Source: Rhina ancylostomus
Lineage: Eukaryota
Length of the DNA stretch: 64,000 nucleotides
Direction of reading: 5' to 3'
Assembly (NCBI GenBank): GCA_030265395.1
Contig: JARFYF010000084.1
Coordinates: 84,608,357-84,672,356, forward strand
In this document: piece by piece, positions 1 through 13,899 of the stretch
How positions within the stretch are numbered: the first letter of the stretch is position 1
Layout of the letters: each line of letters starts with the position of its first letter
Notes under the pieces: generated by a model
The model's input: the letters and a program-made list of their open reading frames with translations, nothing else
The model's database searches: none
What the model was told of the DNA's origin: nothing
Translations under genes and position numbers: made by a program

Positions 1-372
1 GGTAGAAGAGGCAACGGGCTGAAGAAGAAGGAGCCACAAAAAATTCTGCAGATGCTGGAATCTGGAGCAATACACAAAAAAGTTCGTCTTCTTCAGCCCT
101 TTGCCTCTTCTACCTTTCATCTCTCAATTTATTACATCTTCTTGCCCTCCCCGCTCACCTACCTTCCCCCTCTCACCTGGACTTGCCTGTCACCCGAACG
201 CACCTATCCCCTGCCTGCGTGTGCTCCCCCACCCCTCTCCCCACCTTCTTATTCTGGCTTCTGTTCTCTTCCTTTCCAGTCCTGATGAAGGGTCTCAGCC
301 AGAAGCATCAACTGTTTATTTCCCACCATGGATGCTGCCTGACCTCCTGAGTTCCTCCAGCACTTTCTTTTG
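1..372 (+). mobile_element. Penelope-like element terminal fragment with decayed hammerhead motif (277-314)
   Basis: cagtc-CTGATGA-agggtctcagcc-aGAAgc-atc-aactg followed by gatgctgcctgacctcctgagttcctccagca, a family motif repeated across the window. Confidence 0.65.
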
Positions 373-1464
373 TGAACTGATCCATGCTTTATTACCTCTG
401 GATGCGACTAAGTAAATGTATTTGCTGTATTTACATTCTGTAAACATGAGGCCATTGAAAACTGGCATCCAGTCACAAAGAGCCACAAGTCCCAGTTCAA
501 CATCAGCTGTGTGCCTGCTGACCTACATAGTGTCCCAGCTGAATAAGGTCTCAATTTTAAAGCTTCCAGTTATGGATTTCTCCCAACTTATTATAATCTT
601 CTCTCACCCTAGCATTCTCCATAATAGTTGTTCTCTTCCAATTCTGACATCCCAAGTATTTCTAATTTTAACTGCTGCACCACTGAAAGCCAGCCCTTAA
701 GCTGCCTGACTCTGGAATTTTCATCTTAAGCTCCTACTTCTCCAAATCCCTCTCCTGCTTTCAGCTTTACCTTAACCCTTTTATGACCTTGCTTCCCATC
801 GTGTGTCAAATATCTTATCATATAGCTCAGTGGGAATATTGTTTGGCAATCCCCAATTGTTTAGGCATAGTTAACTGTGGTAAGTTATGATACAGCATCA
901 GCTTGAGCACTGAGCTTCAATATGGCAGTGTGCTGGTAATCAAAACAGGTTTTCACACATACTGGTGTCATGATCTGCCTACTCTGAACACTGGTATAAT
1001 CAGGACGTTAGTGGTAACTAGGATGGTGTCATTTGTATAGAACTTACTTGTTTCCATAAATCCTAGAAACTTGGACACTTGTCACATGCTATTGCCTGCT
1101 GATCACAGAACAGCCCTATCCTCAACCTCCATCACCCCATCCNNNNNNNNNNNNNNNNNNNNNNNNNNNNNNNNNNNNNNNNNNNNNNNNNNNNNNNNNN
1201 NNNNNNNNNNNNNNNNNNNNNNNNNNNNNNNNNNNNNNNNNNACCCCATACCCTGTGCATTAACTCAGAGCCAGTTGCAACAACCCAAGGACTGTTGATA
1301 AATAGGAGCAGTGCAAAGACTGGCACTTACGGCACACACAAGGAATGGTTCGTGGATAATTTTGTGTTTTAGTCTTGAGTTGATGTGTAAATGTAGCTTG
1401 AAATAACAATGTAGTTGGACTGGAAATTCCAGGAGAATTAGCAACACAACTGATCTGGTGGTGT

Positions 1465-1631
1465 AGAAACAGAAACAGCTGAATAAACTCAGCAGGTCAG
1501 GCAGCATCTGGGGAAAGAGAAACAGCCAATGTTTCAGGTCTGTGACCCTTCATCAGAACTAGAGTTTTCTGGCATTTTCTGTTTTTCTTATCATTTCCAG
1601 CATTTGCAGTTATTTTGACTTTCATTTACTA
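1465..1631 (-). mobile_element. Penelope-like fragment with internal inversion and 12-bp flanking direct repeat
   Basis: ctcagcaggtcaggcagcatc motif; hammerhead-like core at 1523-1560 on the minus strand; atctggtggtgt at 1453-1464 and 1632-1643. Confidence 0.65.
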
Positions 1632-2569
1632 ATCTGGTGGTGTTTGCAGGAAAGTGTATGTGTATGAACAGGCTATTAGCACTCACTCACCAGGGCCAGA
1701 CCCAGGAATGAAAATAACCTCACGGATCAGGAGCTTGAGCATTGGCCCTGAAACCAAACACTGTGTAAAGTGACATCTTCGGGCGAGAAGGAGAGAAAAA
1801 GTTAGGAATACTAGTGGAAACTGCAATAAAAGCTCGGTTACTGTCAGCTAATATCTGACTGCTAAGAGAAAAACTGATTTCCAGCTTTTCATGCTCCTTC
1901 ATGCTTTGCTGTTAGTTCATGGATAATCACTCATGTGACTGATTGCACCTTCTCTGGGTGTTAGTTATGCAAAGCTGTCAGTAAGTCTCTTTTTGCAACT
2001 CCACTGATTGAGTTATTCAATCGATGAGTAAGCTGGAACGACAGTTCAGTATCTTAAGTGAAACAGTTCCAAGCAAATCAGAAGTCAATTGACCCTGGGA
2101 ATGTGATGCCCAAATTGCGTGACTTAAAAGCAGTTCACAGCAGGGAAAGACTGGAGGCTTTTATAATTGGGCTGCAGTTACCATGGAAATCATTACTCCA
2201 GAGGCCGCCAAGCCAGTGATTTTTTTCTCTCCTTTTATTCAAAGGAAAGCCTAATATGAGAAATGTTCTTTGGAACAGTTCTTTAATATGTCCTGACCCT
2301 AGCAGAATAACTTTGAAGTCCTGGCTAGCTGGCTCAACTCCTGCTTAAACAGAGAGAGAAAAATATTATAAGCAAGCTGCTTCAGGAAATCCCATCTACA
2401 TCCCTGTCAAATGGATTTTTTTTCCTTTATTTATCAGATGCCTCTGTTATTTGTTGACACAATAGAACTCAGGCAGATGCCAGCTCCTTTAATCATAAAG
2501 GTACAGTATATTAGTTAAGAGATGTCCATTATTTTCCTTAGAGAGCACCTTAATGAAGAAAAATGCACA

Positions 2570-2950
2570 TTTATATTGCACCTTATGTCATCTCAGGAAA
2601 ATCAAAATTGCTCTTCAGCCAATGAAGCATTTTTGAAATGTAAGCACTGTTTATGCATAGCAGGATCCTACATTAAACTGAGAAATAGCAACATTAATTG
2701 CTTCAGTGGTGTTAGACAAGAGATAATTTCAGGCCTGTATCCTGGAGAAGAATTACCCTTAACCGTGCAAGTTTTTAAATGAACTTGACAGGGCAGTTGG
2801 GACCTCAGATCAACATCTCATCCAAGAACTGGCACCTCCAACAGTGCAGTATCTTCTCAGGGCAGGCACTGAAGTGTCCGAAGTTTCCAGGGCCTGAATT
2901 GTGACTTGAACATTAACTTTGTGGTGAAGCTGACAGCACTGATCCACAAC
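2570..2950 (-). mobile_element. Old tRNA/Deu-domain-type SINE
   Basis: Similar to other copies in the window (7775-8160, 10100-10450, 52560-52880 on -; 22575-22970, 37200-37650, 61580-61800 on +), sharing the ggcacctccaacagtgcagta core and tttatatagc..ccaaagtgcttt tail. Family assignment from memory. Confidence 0.55.
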
Positions 2951-3134
2951 TAACTCTGACGAAAGAGGTGTAATTTACTGAGACCCGGAGAAAGAGTGAG
3001 ATTGAAAATAGAAGGCCTGGTTAAAATTAAGGTAGAAGGTGCTGGCAAAACGCCAGGTTTGAGTAGCGGAAAACAAATCTGTAAATAGGTCAAAGGTAAG
3101 TATTCAATGGGATTGGAAGAAGCACTGCATCCTG

Positions 3135-3665
3135 GCATAATAGAATCGTATAGCAGAGAAACAGGCCCCTCTGCCCACCAAGTCCATGCCAACTGTCAAT
3201 TACCCATCCACACTAATCCCATTTATCAGCACTTACCCCATTGCCTTCTATACCTTGGCAATTCAAGTACTCATTGAGATACTTCTTAAATGCTGTGAGG
3301 GTACCTGCCTCCACCACCCATTTAGGCAGTGTGTTCCAGATTCCAGAACATCTTCTGGGTGAAAAAAACTTCCTCAGATCCCCTCTCAACCTCATCCCCT
3401 TAACCTAAATATATCTTCTTGTTTTTGACACTGCTGTTATGGGGAAAAATAATCCTACCATCTACCCTGTCTATGGCCCTCATAATTTCAATCAGGAACC
3501 CGCTCAGCTTCCTGTGCACTAAGGAGAACAAACTAAATGTATCCAGACTCTTGTCATAAGCAAAACTCTCCATTCCAGGCAACATCCTGATAAATCTCCT
3601 CTGCACCCTCTCCAATGCAATCATGTCCTTCCTATAGTATGATGACCAAAGCTGCACACAGTGGT
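3135..3665 (-). mobile_element. CR1 LINE 3' fragment (ORF2 C-terminus and 3'UTR)
   Basis: YRKDMIALERVQRRFIRMLPG and GIWNTLPKWVVEAGTLTAFKKYL; tail WAEGPVSLLYDS. Confidence 0.85.
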
Positions 3666-6600
3666 CCTGTCATGGTTCTGAGTTCTGGCCCTCAATTTGG
3701 CTCCATTAATGCCTTGTTGTCCAGCACATGGATTCCATGCNNNNNNNNNNNNNNNNNNNNNNNNNNNNNNNNNNNNNNNNNNNNNNNNNNNNNNNNNNNN
3801 NNNNNNNNNNNNNNNNNNNNNNNNNNNNNNNNNNNNNNNNNNNNNNNNNNNNNNNNNNNNNNNNNNNNNNNNNNNNNNNNNNNNNNNNNNNNNNNNNNNN
3901 NNNNNNNNNNNNNNNNNNNNNNNNNNTATTCCTTTTTGAAGATCCAGTTTGTGTTGGGATTCCTCTTCAGATCTCTGAGGCAAGATTCCTTCCAGTTGCT
4001 GCTAGTGTTTGGTCCTAAGGAAGTATCCTGACTCCAGTCTTGTATCAGTGTGCCACATTTGGGTTCTCTGTGAGCTTGCTCTTTGCTCAACTTTGTGACA
4101 CTGACAAACTCACCAACATCACAAGCACTGTCACCAACTTCCTGGATTATTCCTGAGATTTATTCCACAATCAATGCTTTGGTCAACCTGAGAGTAAAAT
4201 CTGAGGGGCATTAGAAAAGATCATTTTCTTTGAACATTTTCAATTAATAGTTATAAAAGATATTAAAAATGAGAGGTTGTTTGATTGAATGCAAAATTAG
4301 GAGACAGAAGGCTATCTAATGTAATGCCACTTTGACCCATTGTGACACTGGACTCACTGTATTGTAACTGATTTTTAACCACTCATTGAATTGGCCTTGC
4401 ATAGTACTCAAGTCAAAGGCAAAAAGGGACAGGCAATAACTTCCAGTCTTGCCAATAACACTCACATTTTGTGAATTAAGTATCAAAAAAACTAAAACTT
4501 TTAAACCTGTTCAACTAAAATAGCCTTGAGGTAGGAAATGGGACATCAAGGCCAAGATGAATTTAGGATTAGCATTTGTGGCCAGAACTCTAGCATTTGG
4601 CAAAGTAGTCACATTATCTGGATTGGCCTCTTTGCCATGGAGAAGAAAAGAACATTGAGGAACAAATTCTCTGTTATTGGAGCATGCAGTTCGGGGGAAG
4701 GTAAGAGAGCAGCTTTTACAGAAAAGGTAGCAGGGTTCACAGACAGACTTTACCAATAGGAAAGTACCCCAGGGTCTCTTTGAATGGTTCCAAAGTATTG
4801 AATTGTTGGCACTACCATTTTCCCTACCAGTCCTCCACACCCACCACCTCCATGCCGACCCCTCACTCCATGTCAGCTCCTGTTTTACCAAGGAAGTTTG
4901 TTTCCCAGACAGCTAGTCAGCTCAGATGCTGAAGAAGTTATAAGATTCCATCCATGTATACATATAGTGTATATGTAGGAAATGTGTTTTAATCTCATAT
5001 AATTAAGGTTTATGCTTTAATTTTACCACTGTGGCTTGAAATTGAAGACAACTAAATTATTAATTCCCAGGGTTTCGGATCTCATTATGCAATTTAGTTG
5101 AATGTGCAGCTGAGGTGTGAGATGTGTAATTTGTACCTGTCATGCAAGATAGCTTTCAAACACGAAATGAGGCAAAAGGGCCAAGACACAAGCTGGCATC
5201 TGATTTTTGAAAGAACTATTTGGTTTCTGAGGATCTTGTTCACAATAACTGCCATCAGGACATAATCATTCAGGACTGAGGGTGTGACTAGAGCCCTGTA
5301 AAGCTCTCCTTCACAATTTGTGGAGAGATACAAAATGAAAAGATTTGATGAAGGCTATGAAATTTCTACTCAGAGAAAAAAGCAGCTAATTGTTCTTTAT
5401 TTTTCTGTATTGAATGGTTTAATTATTTTTCCACTTGTAACATCATTAAACCCTTTTGGATTGCTGTTTAGTAAGGCAAGCAACATGGAAACAGCAAGAA
5501 AGTAAACATCCTTGATTGAAGGCTATCAACACACAACAGTAGCGGCTAGTACAGAAGTGCATCAAAAGTCATTCTGTGCAGTACACATACTTCTTAAAGG
5601 CAAATGCACAGTCATCATATACTACCACAGCTTTCCCTAAAAGAAAAATAACATACCTAACCAACAGCAATCATCTACATAGAATAAATTATTTACAACT
5701 TGCTTAAATGCAAAATTATACAATTATCTAATTATTTATAATGATGCAGGTACATATGATTTTTACATGTAAATAGCCATAAATCCAGTCATTCCAGTCC
5801 TCTCAACTGCTTCCTAGTGCTGATAGTCTACTGGGGAAGTAATCAGTTGGATTGAGTATAACTAACTGCACATCCTGTACCACAGTTGCTACCTTGACTG
5901 AATATAATCATCATCCATTGTGTTATCATTTTCTAACATCAGTAGTAACCCAGACTTTAACACAAATATGCCCATTCTTTCCATAGTACTATAGTGACGT
6001 TACATAGTGACCTTTCCTAATTTGAATCCTTTCAAGGCACCCCATCTCAGTGTCCTTACTCTACACTCTATCCTGCACTTTGACTTCTACTTTATCTTCC
6101 CTTGAACAGTAAGTCTCTCCTCTGTTGTCCTCTTTAAAGTTAGAAGGTCCCTTCCCTTTCTGGTTCGTTTCCAGTGAATGTTCTTAGATCATACCTTTTC
6201 TCAGCCGATTTTGACATACTTTGCCTACACTGACATCAGTAAGCACAGGCCGAGAGTAGCATCACTCCTGGGATCATTAGAACTCTTGAATCACTTCCAC
6301 ATTGCAACATAATCCTTTCTCAAAACATCCAATTCAATTTATGCTTGATTCAGCCTATTTAGTAACTCCTCGAACATTGGAAGTCTTTTCCAAGACCTGT
6401 AGAGTGTCACCCGTGCAGCAGCGTCATTGAACTTGATAGAAATGGGCCTCACCGCAGTACCCCATGCCGAGAATTTCACCTTCTGCCTTATTAGTGGATT
6501 CTTCCAATGGTACATCCATCATCTTAACACTCTGATAAACTGGCTGTCTCATGTTGAACAAACAGATCACAGGCTCCTGAACTGCTTGCAACAGAGGACT

Positions 6601-7774
6601 TCGAATATGCTCATCGGTCAGAAAAAAGCAAGATTGTTGTCTCCACCATACTCCGGAATCAAACTGTTGATCAGGATTGCTTGGCACTTCAGGAGCTTTC
6701 ACTCTGATCTGTATTTGATGGGGCCTCAACAGAAAATTCTGCAATAGGAACATCTGCCCAGGAATATCACTGCTATTGTGTGAAATTCTGCCCTTTTCAG
6801 CACTGTTTCCATGTGTACGGTTCTTCTGCATGCTCCTTTCAATGTTAGGTCTAGCGGGTTAAACATTTTTGGTTGAATCTTCACATTTGTCAGCTCACAT
6901 AGCCTAAGGGAGAAATGTATAGAAGGAATACTGGTAACGTTGGAGGATACTTGTATGGAGCACAAACACAAAATCGCCTGCTTTTGTACTGTACATTCCA
7001 TGTAATTTTATTTAATTAAAGACAGTGTATCATTTTACAAACCTGCACAAAATGTTTGGCCAAGACAGTTATAAAGATCAGTAAATTTCAAACACTGCAC
7101 ATTTTAATGAGATGCAGTAGAATTTTGTTCTTCACATTGTTAATAATAATCCTGATTCATTTGTCTTTTAAAAATGTGGCTTTGAGGCATGTGGTTTAAA
7201 TTTGGACTTAACTGTGTGAAAAAACAGGCTCCATACTTAGATGCCCTGTTGCAGAAATATGGCTTAAGGCCGATTTGCTTAGCTAATTTATTAGTGAACC
7301 ACATCAAAAATGTATTACTTGTTCTCATCAGAGGTTAGTTTCACAGTTGGGCCAATAAATGGCTCCTCCCAATACAGGTATATATGACAGTACTACCAAA
7401 GTATTTGCATGTGACATAATGCAATGGTTCTAACTGTAGAAAAAAATAGTCAGGGCTAGGGGAAACAAATTTTTGAAAGTCCTGCAGTTCTAAAACTGAT
7501 GTTAAGTGTGTTTTTGATGGAAATATCATGACTTCTATCAATAGTATTTTGTATGTGTGTGTTAAATCATGTTTGACATCCAAAGTCCATAGAATATAGA
7601 CTTCACTGGAAAGTAGTAGTATTAGCATCATTGGATGTGATGGATAATCCATCATGTTAAGATTTTGAAAGCCTTGCACAACTATAAGAGCCAGGTTGCA
7701 GAGAAACATGACAAAACCAACTCAGGAGAGAGGTTGCCAGCTTCCAACTTTGACTTTGTCGAATACAATACAAG

Positions 7775-8160
7775 AAAGAATTTGTGTTTATATAGTGCCT
7801 TCCTTGACTTCCCCAAGTGCTTTATAGCCAATGAAGGTAGCTTTAAGTGTGGTAACTGCTAGAATGTAGGCTAATGGAGCTGCTAATTTGTGCAAGGTAA
7901 ACTGCATCAAACAGCAAAGAGATAACAATCAAGTCATTTATTTTAACTATGTTGCTTGAGGGATAAACATCACAACGGGAGTCTGACTCTGCTCTTGATG
8001 AATAGGGCTTTGATTTATTATGCCATAGAATAGCATCTCTGATTGGGGAATATTCTGTCTGTGAGTGTTAGCCTCAACTTTATGCTCAATTCCTCAGTAT
8101 AGGATTTGAACACACAGTTTTATGATTCAGAGATTAGTGTGGCTGCTGAGCTGTGCCTGA
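7775..8160 (-). mobile_element. Old Deu-domain-type SINE
   Basis: tttatatagtgcc..cccaagtgcttta tail and ggatttgaac (reverse B-box) head. Confidence 0.55.
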
Positions 8161-9449
8161 CATCTATAGTAGTGTATGCTGTATTCTGGACTGTCCCAAT
8201 TTACTTGATATCCTCACTGAGATGAATAATCTCAAACTTCACACAATTTTCCATCTCAGGGGCAGTGTGCCATCTTTGAGCCCTTGCTAATGTGAACATT
8301 AATCACTGGAAATATTCCACTTTGTATTAAAGAATAAACATACCTTGTGCCTTCAGTTAACGTGGTTTCCTCAGCTCCCAATAAGATACTCCTTCACTGA
8401 CCTGGTAATGATGCCACTCCTGTAGACTTCTTACCTTTCAAGGTTTGCCAGAAACTTGGTCAAAATCCTAAAACTCCCAACTTAAGAGTACTGGAGGAGC
8501 ACAATCATCATGCAGAATGTAGTGTTCAAGATGTTCCACCATGGCTACCTAGGAGTGGGCAATAAATGCCGGCCTTGCCAGCCTAATCCACAGATCAATG
8601 AATGATTAAAAATACTAATTAACAACACTTAAATGCAAAGAGGGCAACAGGGAACAGAGGAAATGGCTTTCAAGTAGACTGTTGGACTGGACTTCAAACT
8701 CAATGATCATCAAAACTCTTACTGAAATGTCAGTGCATGGTGGGTTAGGTATTAGAGAACATTGTTATAATCATATACGTACAGAGTAATATAATGGACT
8801 GATGACATTTAAGGACCCATCTTGTAATATTGGGAGTGATGAAGGCTTCAGGACTCTGGTGTGGGCCAGCCAACATTGCTCATATTTAGAGTTGAAAATG
8901 TGCCACCTGTTATGACTGTGAATGAGTGTTCCTCAGACCATGCAAAGCATAGGAGTATCAGATCAAAGTAAGTGGTGATGGTGGTGGCTGGGGGTATGTG
9001 AGGGGGGAGTTGCAGCTAGAAGTGATATCAGTGACTAGATTAAGTGTGTAAAGGTTTCATGGCATGTGTGGGCCACCAAAAATGGGGACTTTAGGTTGAG
9101 TGATCAGGGCCTCGGGTGAGAATTGGGTGTGGAATCAACACCATGGTTGACAGTACAGGGGTTGAACCTCAAGATCACGGGTAGTTGTGCATTCATAAGT
9201 GGGGCTCATCATTCATAATTGAGGCTGGGGATATGTTTGAGAGTCTGTGAAAATGGGGTGGGTGGTTGTGATCCAAAGTCAGGACAAAGATAATGTTCAA
9301 GAGGTTGAAGCAGTGGTTGGAAATTGGGGGAGTGAATGGGAGTCAGGCAGTGTTAAGAGCTGGATTAGGATGATGATCAACTGGGGACAGTGGGTGCTCA
9401 TTGGAAATTGGGATTGATGTCAGCTCTGTGTAAGGTTGGGCCTGGATAG

Positions 9450-9552
9450 TATAAGATTTCTTTATTAGTCACATGTACATCAAAACACACAGTGAAATGC
9501 ATCTTCTGTGTAGAGTGTTCTGGGGGCAGCCCTCAAATGTCACCATGCTTCG
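9450..9552 (-). mobile_element. 3' part of the V-SINE family seen at 18900-19199
   Basis: Reverse complement of the 19090-19195 tail (tttattagtcaca..acacacagtgaaatgcatc). Confidence 0.75.
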
Positions 9553-10569
9553 TACAAAGATGGTCAAGGACTTTGCTAATACAGTGACCTTTCCAACATG
9601 ACATTTATAAAACATGCTTGCTCTAGGAGTGTTCACCGATCATTAATTAAGTTGCTTATGAATATGTATCATTCAATTTTCTGCACAACTTTCCAAAAAG
9701 AACGTTGCACATGAAATGGATTATGATCAAAGCAAAGGTGAAAACGTGGCTGGAAGTAGTCAGTTGAATTTCTAGCCCTGTGTTAAACATGCCAAATAAT
9801 GTCACAGATGCCACACAGATCTCACTGTGCTGAAAAAAGCCATTATGATGGAATCTAATTTCCAAGCCCGTATGTGTTCCCATTCTGTTACTAACATTAA
9901 ATCATGAATAAAAATGCTAATTAGTATCTAATTCCAAGCATAATTAGAGGAAAAGGAAAAATAAAGAGAAATGTTGATTATTTTTTCTTTCCTTTCATAC
10001 TTAAACAAAGATTATAGATTTCTGTCCAGTTACTACAGTGGGTACTACAGTGACCGTCCATTCCTTTTCCACAACATTCTGAGCTTTACATTAGATGTCA
10101 CTTAAAAAAAAGTGCTTTACAACCAATGAATGCTATTTCAAATACAGCCACTCTTATGATGTGGGCACAGCATGGTCTCACAAATAGCAATGTGAGTTAA
10201 ATATTTTATTAGGGCACTGAAAGGTGCTCTCCTGCTCTTCACAAACTGTTTTGCAGGATCTTTTACTTCCACCCAGAGCTGATGTGCATCTCCTCTCACA
10301 GTGCGGTGTTCCTTCAGCAATGCAAAAAATGCTGGAGTTTTTGGGCAGGTCTTCTCTGACAGTGCAGTGTTTCTCCAGTAGTGCACTGAAAAACTCAAGT
10401 TTTTAGTGTAGTTTCCTCACTGAGAAATGAGAATGCTCGGGGGGTGAGACCAGACACATACTTAATCCTTAGATCACTGGATTGTTACAATAGTAGTCCA
10501 TTTGTATATAATTTCAGTGGTATTAAAAGGGAAATATTTATGTAATGTATTTCTCCTAGTTCTCACGAC

Positions 10570-10870
10570 AGAGGAGGCCATTCAATNNNNNNNNNNNNNN
10601 NNNTATCCTGGTTCTCAGAACAATCCCATCAATCACATTCTCCTATTTAGTTTCCTGTGAGCCATCTCTCTCACATGCCTATCAACACCACCCTGATTCT
10701 CCTACCAGCCACTGACACCAGGGATAATTTACCAATTAACCTCCCAACCAGCTCATCTTTGGGCTATGGAAGGAAACCAGAGCATACTGAGGAAACCTAT
10801 GCTACCACAGGAAAAACATGTAAACTCCACACAGACAGCACCAAAGGACAAGATAGAACCTGGGACTCTA
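10570..10870 (-). mobile_element. HE1/V-SINE-type element
   Basis: ggaaggaaaccagagcatactgaggaaaccta...aaactccacacagacagcacc is the reverse of the V-domain. Confidence 0.75.
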
Positions 10871-11141
10871 GTAACCAAGTTGGGATTCAGTGTCTCAGTT
10901 CAGCTAGCTATGACTTTTGCTGCCTTCCATTGTCAATCAGCTCTTTTCTTCTCCATCATTGACCTCAGTGACCTCCAGCAGTTAATGGATCACTGATCAG
11001 CACATTTCCAAATTCTATTTCCAATTTTTTAAAGGCATTTGCCAGTCCTTTTCCAGAGTTTTAGGTTTCTGCAGCTGAAGACAAATCATTGCCAATAATT
11101 TCAACATTCTACTGAACTAGTTTCATCTTCTTGTTTCTCAG

Positions 11142-11231
11142 GCTCTGGATGGATTTGTGCTGTTGGTGAGTGCTGACGGAATGGTATTTTATGTGTCTCC
11201 CACAATCATTGACTACCTGGGATTTCATCAG
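11142..11231 (+). CDS. AHRR: AHRR coding exon, start of PAS-A (equivalent to AHR exon 4)
   Basis: ttctcag| ... |gtaagg; 90 nt, phase 0/0; [30 protein letters not shown], typical AHR-family PAS-A. Confidence 0.95.
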
Positions 11232-13899
11232 GTAAGGAGCCCAGAAGTTGTTCTGCACCTTAAAAGGCACATTAAAGTAGTGTCACCTGAGGGACCCCTG
11301 CTTGTTTTGCATGTGTACAGCCTGCAGCAAAATTCCATTGTCCAGGAGGCCACTGATGCACAATTGAACAGGACTTGCACAGAAACCTTGAACAAATGCA
11401 CAAAGGCCTCACCTCCATTTGTGCCACCAGCTGGTGAAGGAGTCAGGTAGGTTGTGGTCACTGGTTGGGCTAAGTGGTTTTTGAAAGTGATTTGTGAGGA
11501 GGTGGGTAGTATAAAGAGGTTGAGAGCTTCATNNNNNNNNNNNNNNNNNNAGGTTGAAACATTGGGGCAGGATATGGATCAGGCTGGGGACAAATGGTGG
11601 AGGATCAACAGGATAACCATAGTGGGATTAAGCAGACTGTGCTGGACGATAAGAGAGAGATGAATATTAATCTTAAAGGGGGCAGAACAGTAGGAATATC
11701 TATGCAGTGGACCACTCGGCTATGGATCAGGTAAGGGTGGTCCTCTGCAAGTCACAACAAATTTGGCTCACCTGTCTTGTGAAGGTGACATTGATTGGTG
11801 TTTTACACACTCCTTGACAGGACAGTCCATGTTTGGATGACGTTATGCATACCTTACATATAGAAGGCAAACAGCAAATTTGATGTTCAATGTGAATTGT
11901 AACTTTCAGACAAAATGTTACACCAAGTTAAAGAATATCTAAGTCTGTGACTTTCATGCAGGTGATGTCACTATTCTGCCTTTGAGTTTTAAATCTATGA
12001 TCTTCCATTCCTTGAATACAAGGAACGTCAGCTGAGGATCAAACACCCTCTGAGAGGGACATGGTTGAAGTCTTAGAGAAAATAATCCCAAGCTGTTCCT
12101 TCTCAGTGGTCCAATGTCCCTTTTACAAAGTTCATTTACACTTGCATGGAGGGTGAATTGCACAGGCCACTCACGTGGAAGTAGCTCTTCACAAGAGAGG
12201 TGAGGCCTGCTTTCTTGTGACATGCTGGGAATCATCTTGACCTGGTCCATGGCCACCATGACCTGTCATGGAGTGGCTAATATCAGGGTCAAATAGTGCT
12301 CAGAAATCACTCTAAATTAGATACAACTGATATTTCTTTTAACTGAGGATGGGCATGCCATTAGGATGCCAATGACTGAAAGAGCTGGCCCACCTACTGA
12401 AAAATTGTAGTTCAACTAACCATACACTGTACAGCCTTAAATTCAAAATAAGTGCCACCTGGTACTCTGTTCCAAGAGCAGGCTAAGGAGAATGTGATTG
12501 CTGGCAGCCACACGGCTGTGTTGTGGCTGGCGGGGGAATAAGGGAGTAGGTGGTTGAGGGAGCGGGGAGCCTGACACTGATGGATGATTGGGTGTCGGTT
12601 GGGGGTGTCGTGGCAATCAGAGGGAGCCTCGCTCTGAGGGACAGATGATGTGGAAAGAGAAAGAGTTTGGAGGAACCACGTTATGGATGGTTGGAGGTGT
12701 GGGACAGAACTGGTTTTATGGCCTGGGACTTGGGTAATCATGGGGTAATTGACTTAGCTGGCATGCATGCCATTTAGAGGCTGGGTTGGGAAGACCACAT
12801 CATCCCAGGCAATGTGGTCCAAGTTTCCCCATAATACTCCAAAAGAAGCATTGCCAAAGGAATGATGTCACCCCAAGAGCTTCAGTACCTGGAAGTGACT
12901 GGTCAAACTTCCAGAGTGATACCAGACAATCTGGAAATTGTTGTCGTCACTCTTTGTTCTGGCAAAATAAATACTCAAATACAAAAGTCTGTAAATAAAG
13001 CACTTAGAATGAGTTATCTACAGTGCCTGGAAATAGGAAAATAAAAGAGACATGTTTTTCTTTAAAAGTTGCTCACATTTGAGAACTGCATCATACCATA
13101 GACATTAACAAAATTGACACATGTGAGTAGTTCTATGGGTACAAAACTGGCTAAGAGTATGAACAACTGCCTTCTATAAGAACACAGAGCTGTCACCACA
13201 GTGAGCCAAATTACATCCTTTTGTGTTTCACATTGTTGATGTTTAAGATGACAAGGATAGTCTGGGAGATGTTGAAGGGTGAGGGGAAGGGAATTTTTTA
13301 ACATCTGGGGTTCTGCTGAATGTAACAACAGTAGTTCATTTTTATTTTTCCTTTCATTTCTCACTCAGCCAGCAGCTGGATTGACAATGTGGCAGGCTGC
13401 TGTGCTGGAAACTAGCAGACAGGAGCTNNNNNNNNNNNNNNNNNNNNNNNNNNNNNNNNNNNNNNNNNNNNNNNNNNNNNNNNNNNNNNNNNNNNNNNNN
13501 NNNNNNNNNNNNNNNNNNNNNNNNNNNGGCATCAGTGAGATGGCAAGTTAAAGTCACCAACAGCAGTCAGAGGAGTCATGTAAAATCACCAATGTTCAGT
13601 CATAGAAAGTTGTAGGATATGCCAGTTCTTAATATAGACACTTGCAAAGTGCGCAGAGTAGGAAATCTGAAGACCTGTCGAATATGTGCCAGGTTTATGT
13701 GAGGTTCGTCGTAGACTGTGCACATCTGTATAGTGACACACATGATCAATTATGTCATTTGATATCACACATATTTGCACACAATTACATATATTGCTCT
13801 TAATGAAAAGAGATGAAACTAATTTAACAACATATAACAATTTATAAATTTAATCATTTCATTTTCTTCAAATTCTCTTTGATCTTATAAAGTACATTG

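Noticed and set aside
1690-1820. Minus-strand gggcc..gcTCCTGAT with nearby splice-like signals, as a candidate antizyme frameshift exon
   Set aside because: No WCS/DAPHPP/KIPGGRG coding and no pseudoknot; splicing from 16063 gives immediate stops.
2438-2500. 63-nt ag..gt open segment as a possible upstream AHRR exon
   Set aside because: No AHRR similarity and wrong entry phase; the bHLH and linker exons were not found in the window.
5250-5265. Other minus-strand TCCTGATG hits (here and at about 15138)
   Set aside because: No antizyme-like context on either side.
6180-6840. Overlapping ORFs of 91-135 aa
   Set aside because: No recognisable protein; probably a very decayed LINE, family not assignable.
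10900-10985. Minus-strand LEVTE...EGSK resembling antizyme ORF2 motifs
   Set aside because: Wrong spacing, in-frame stops and no splice sites; chance similarity.
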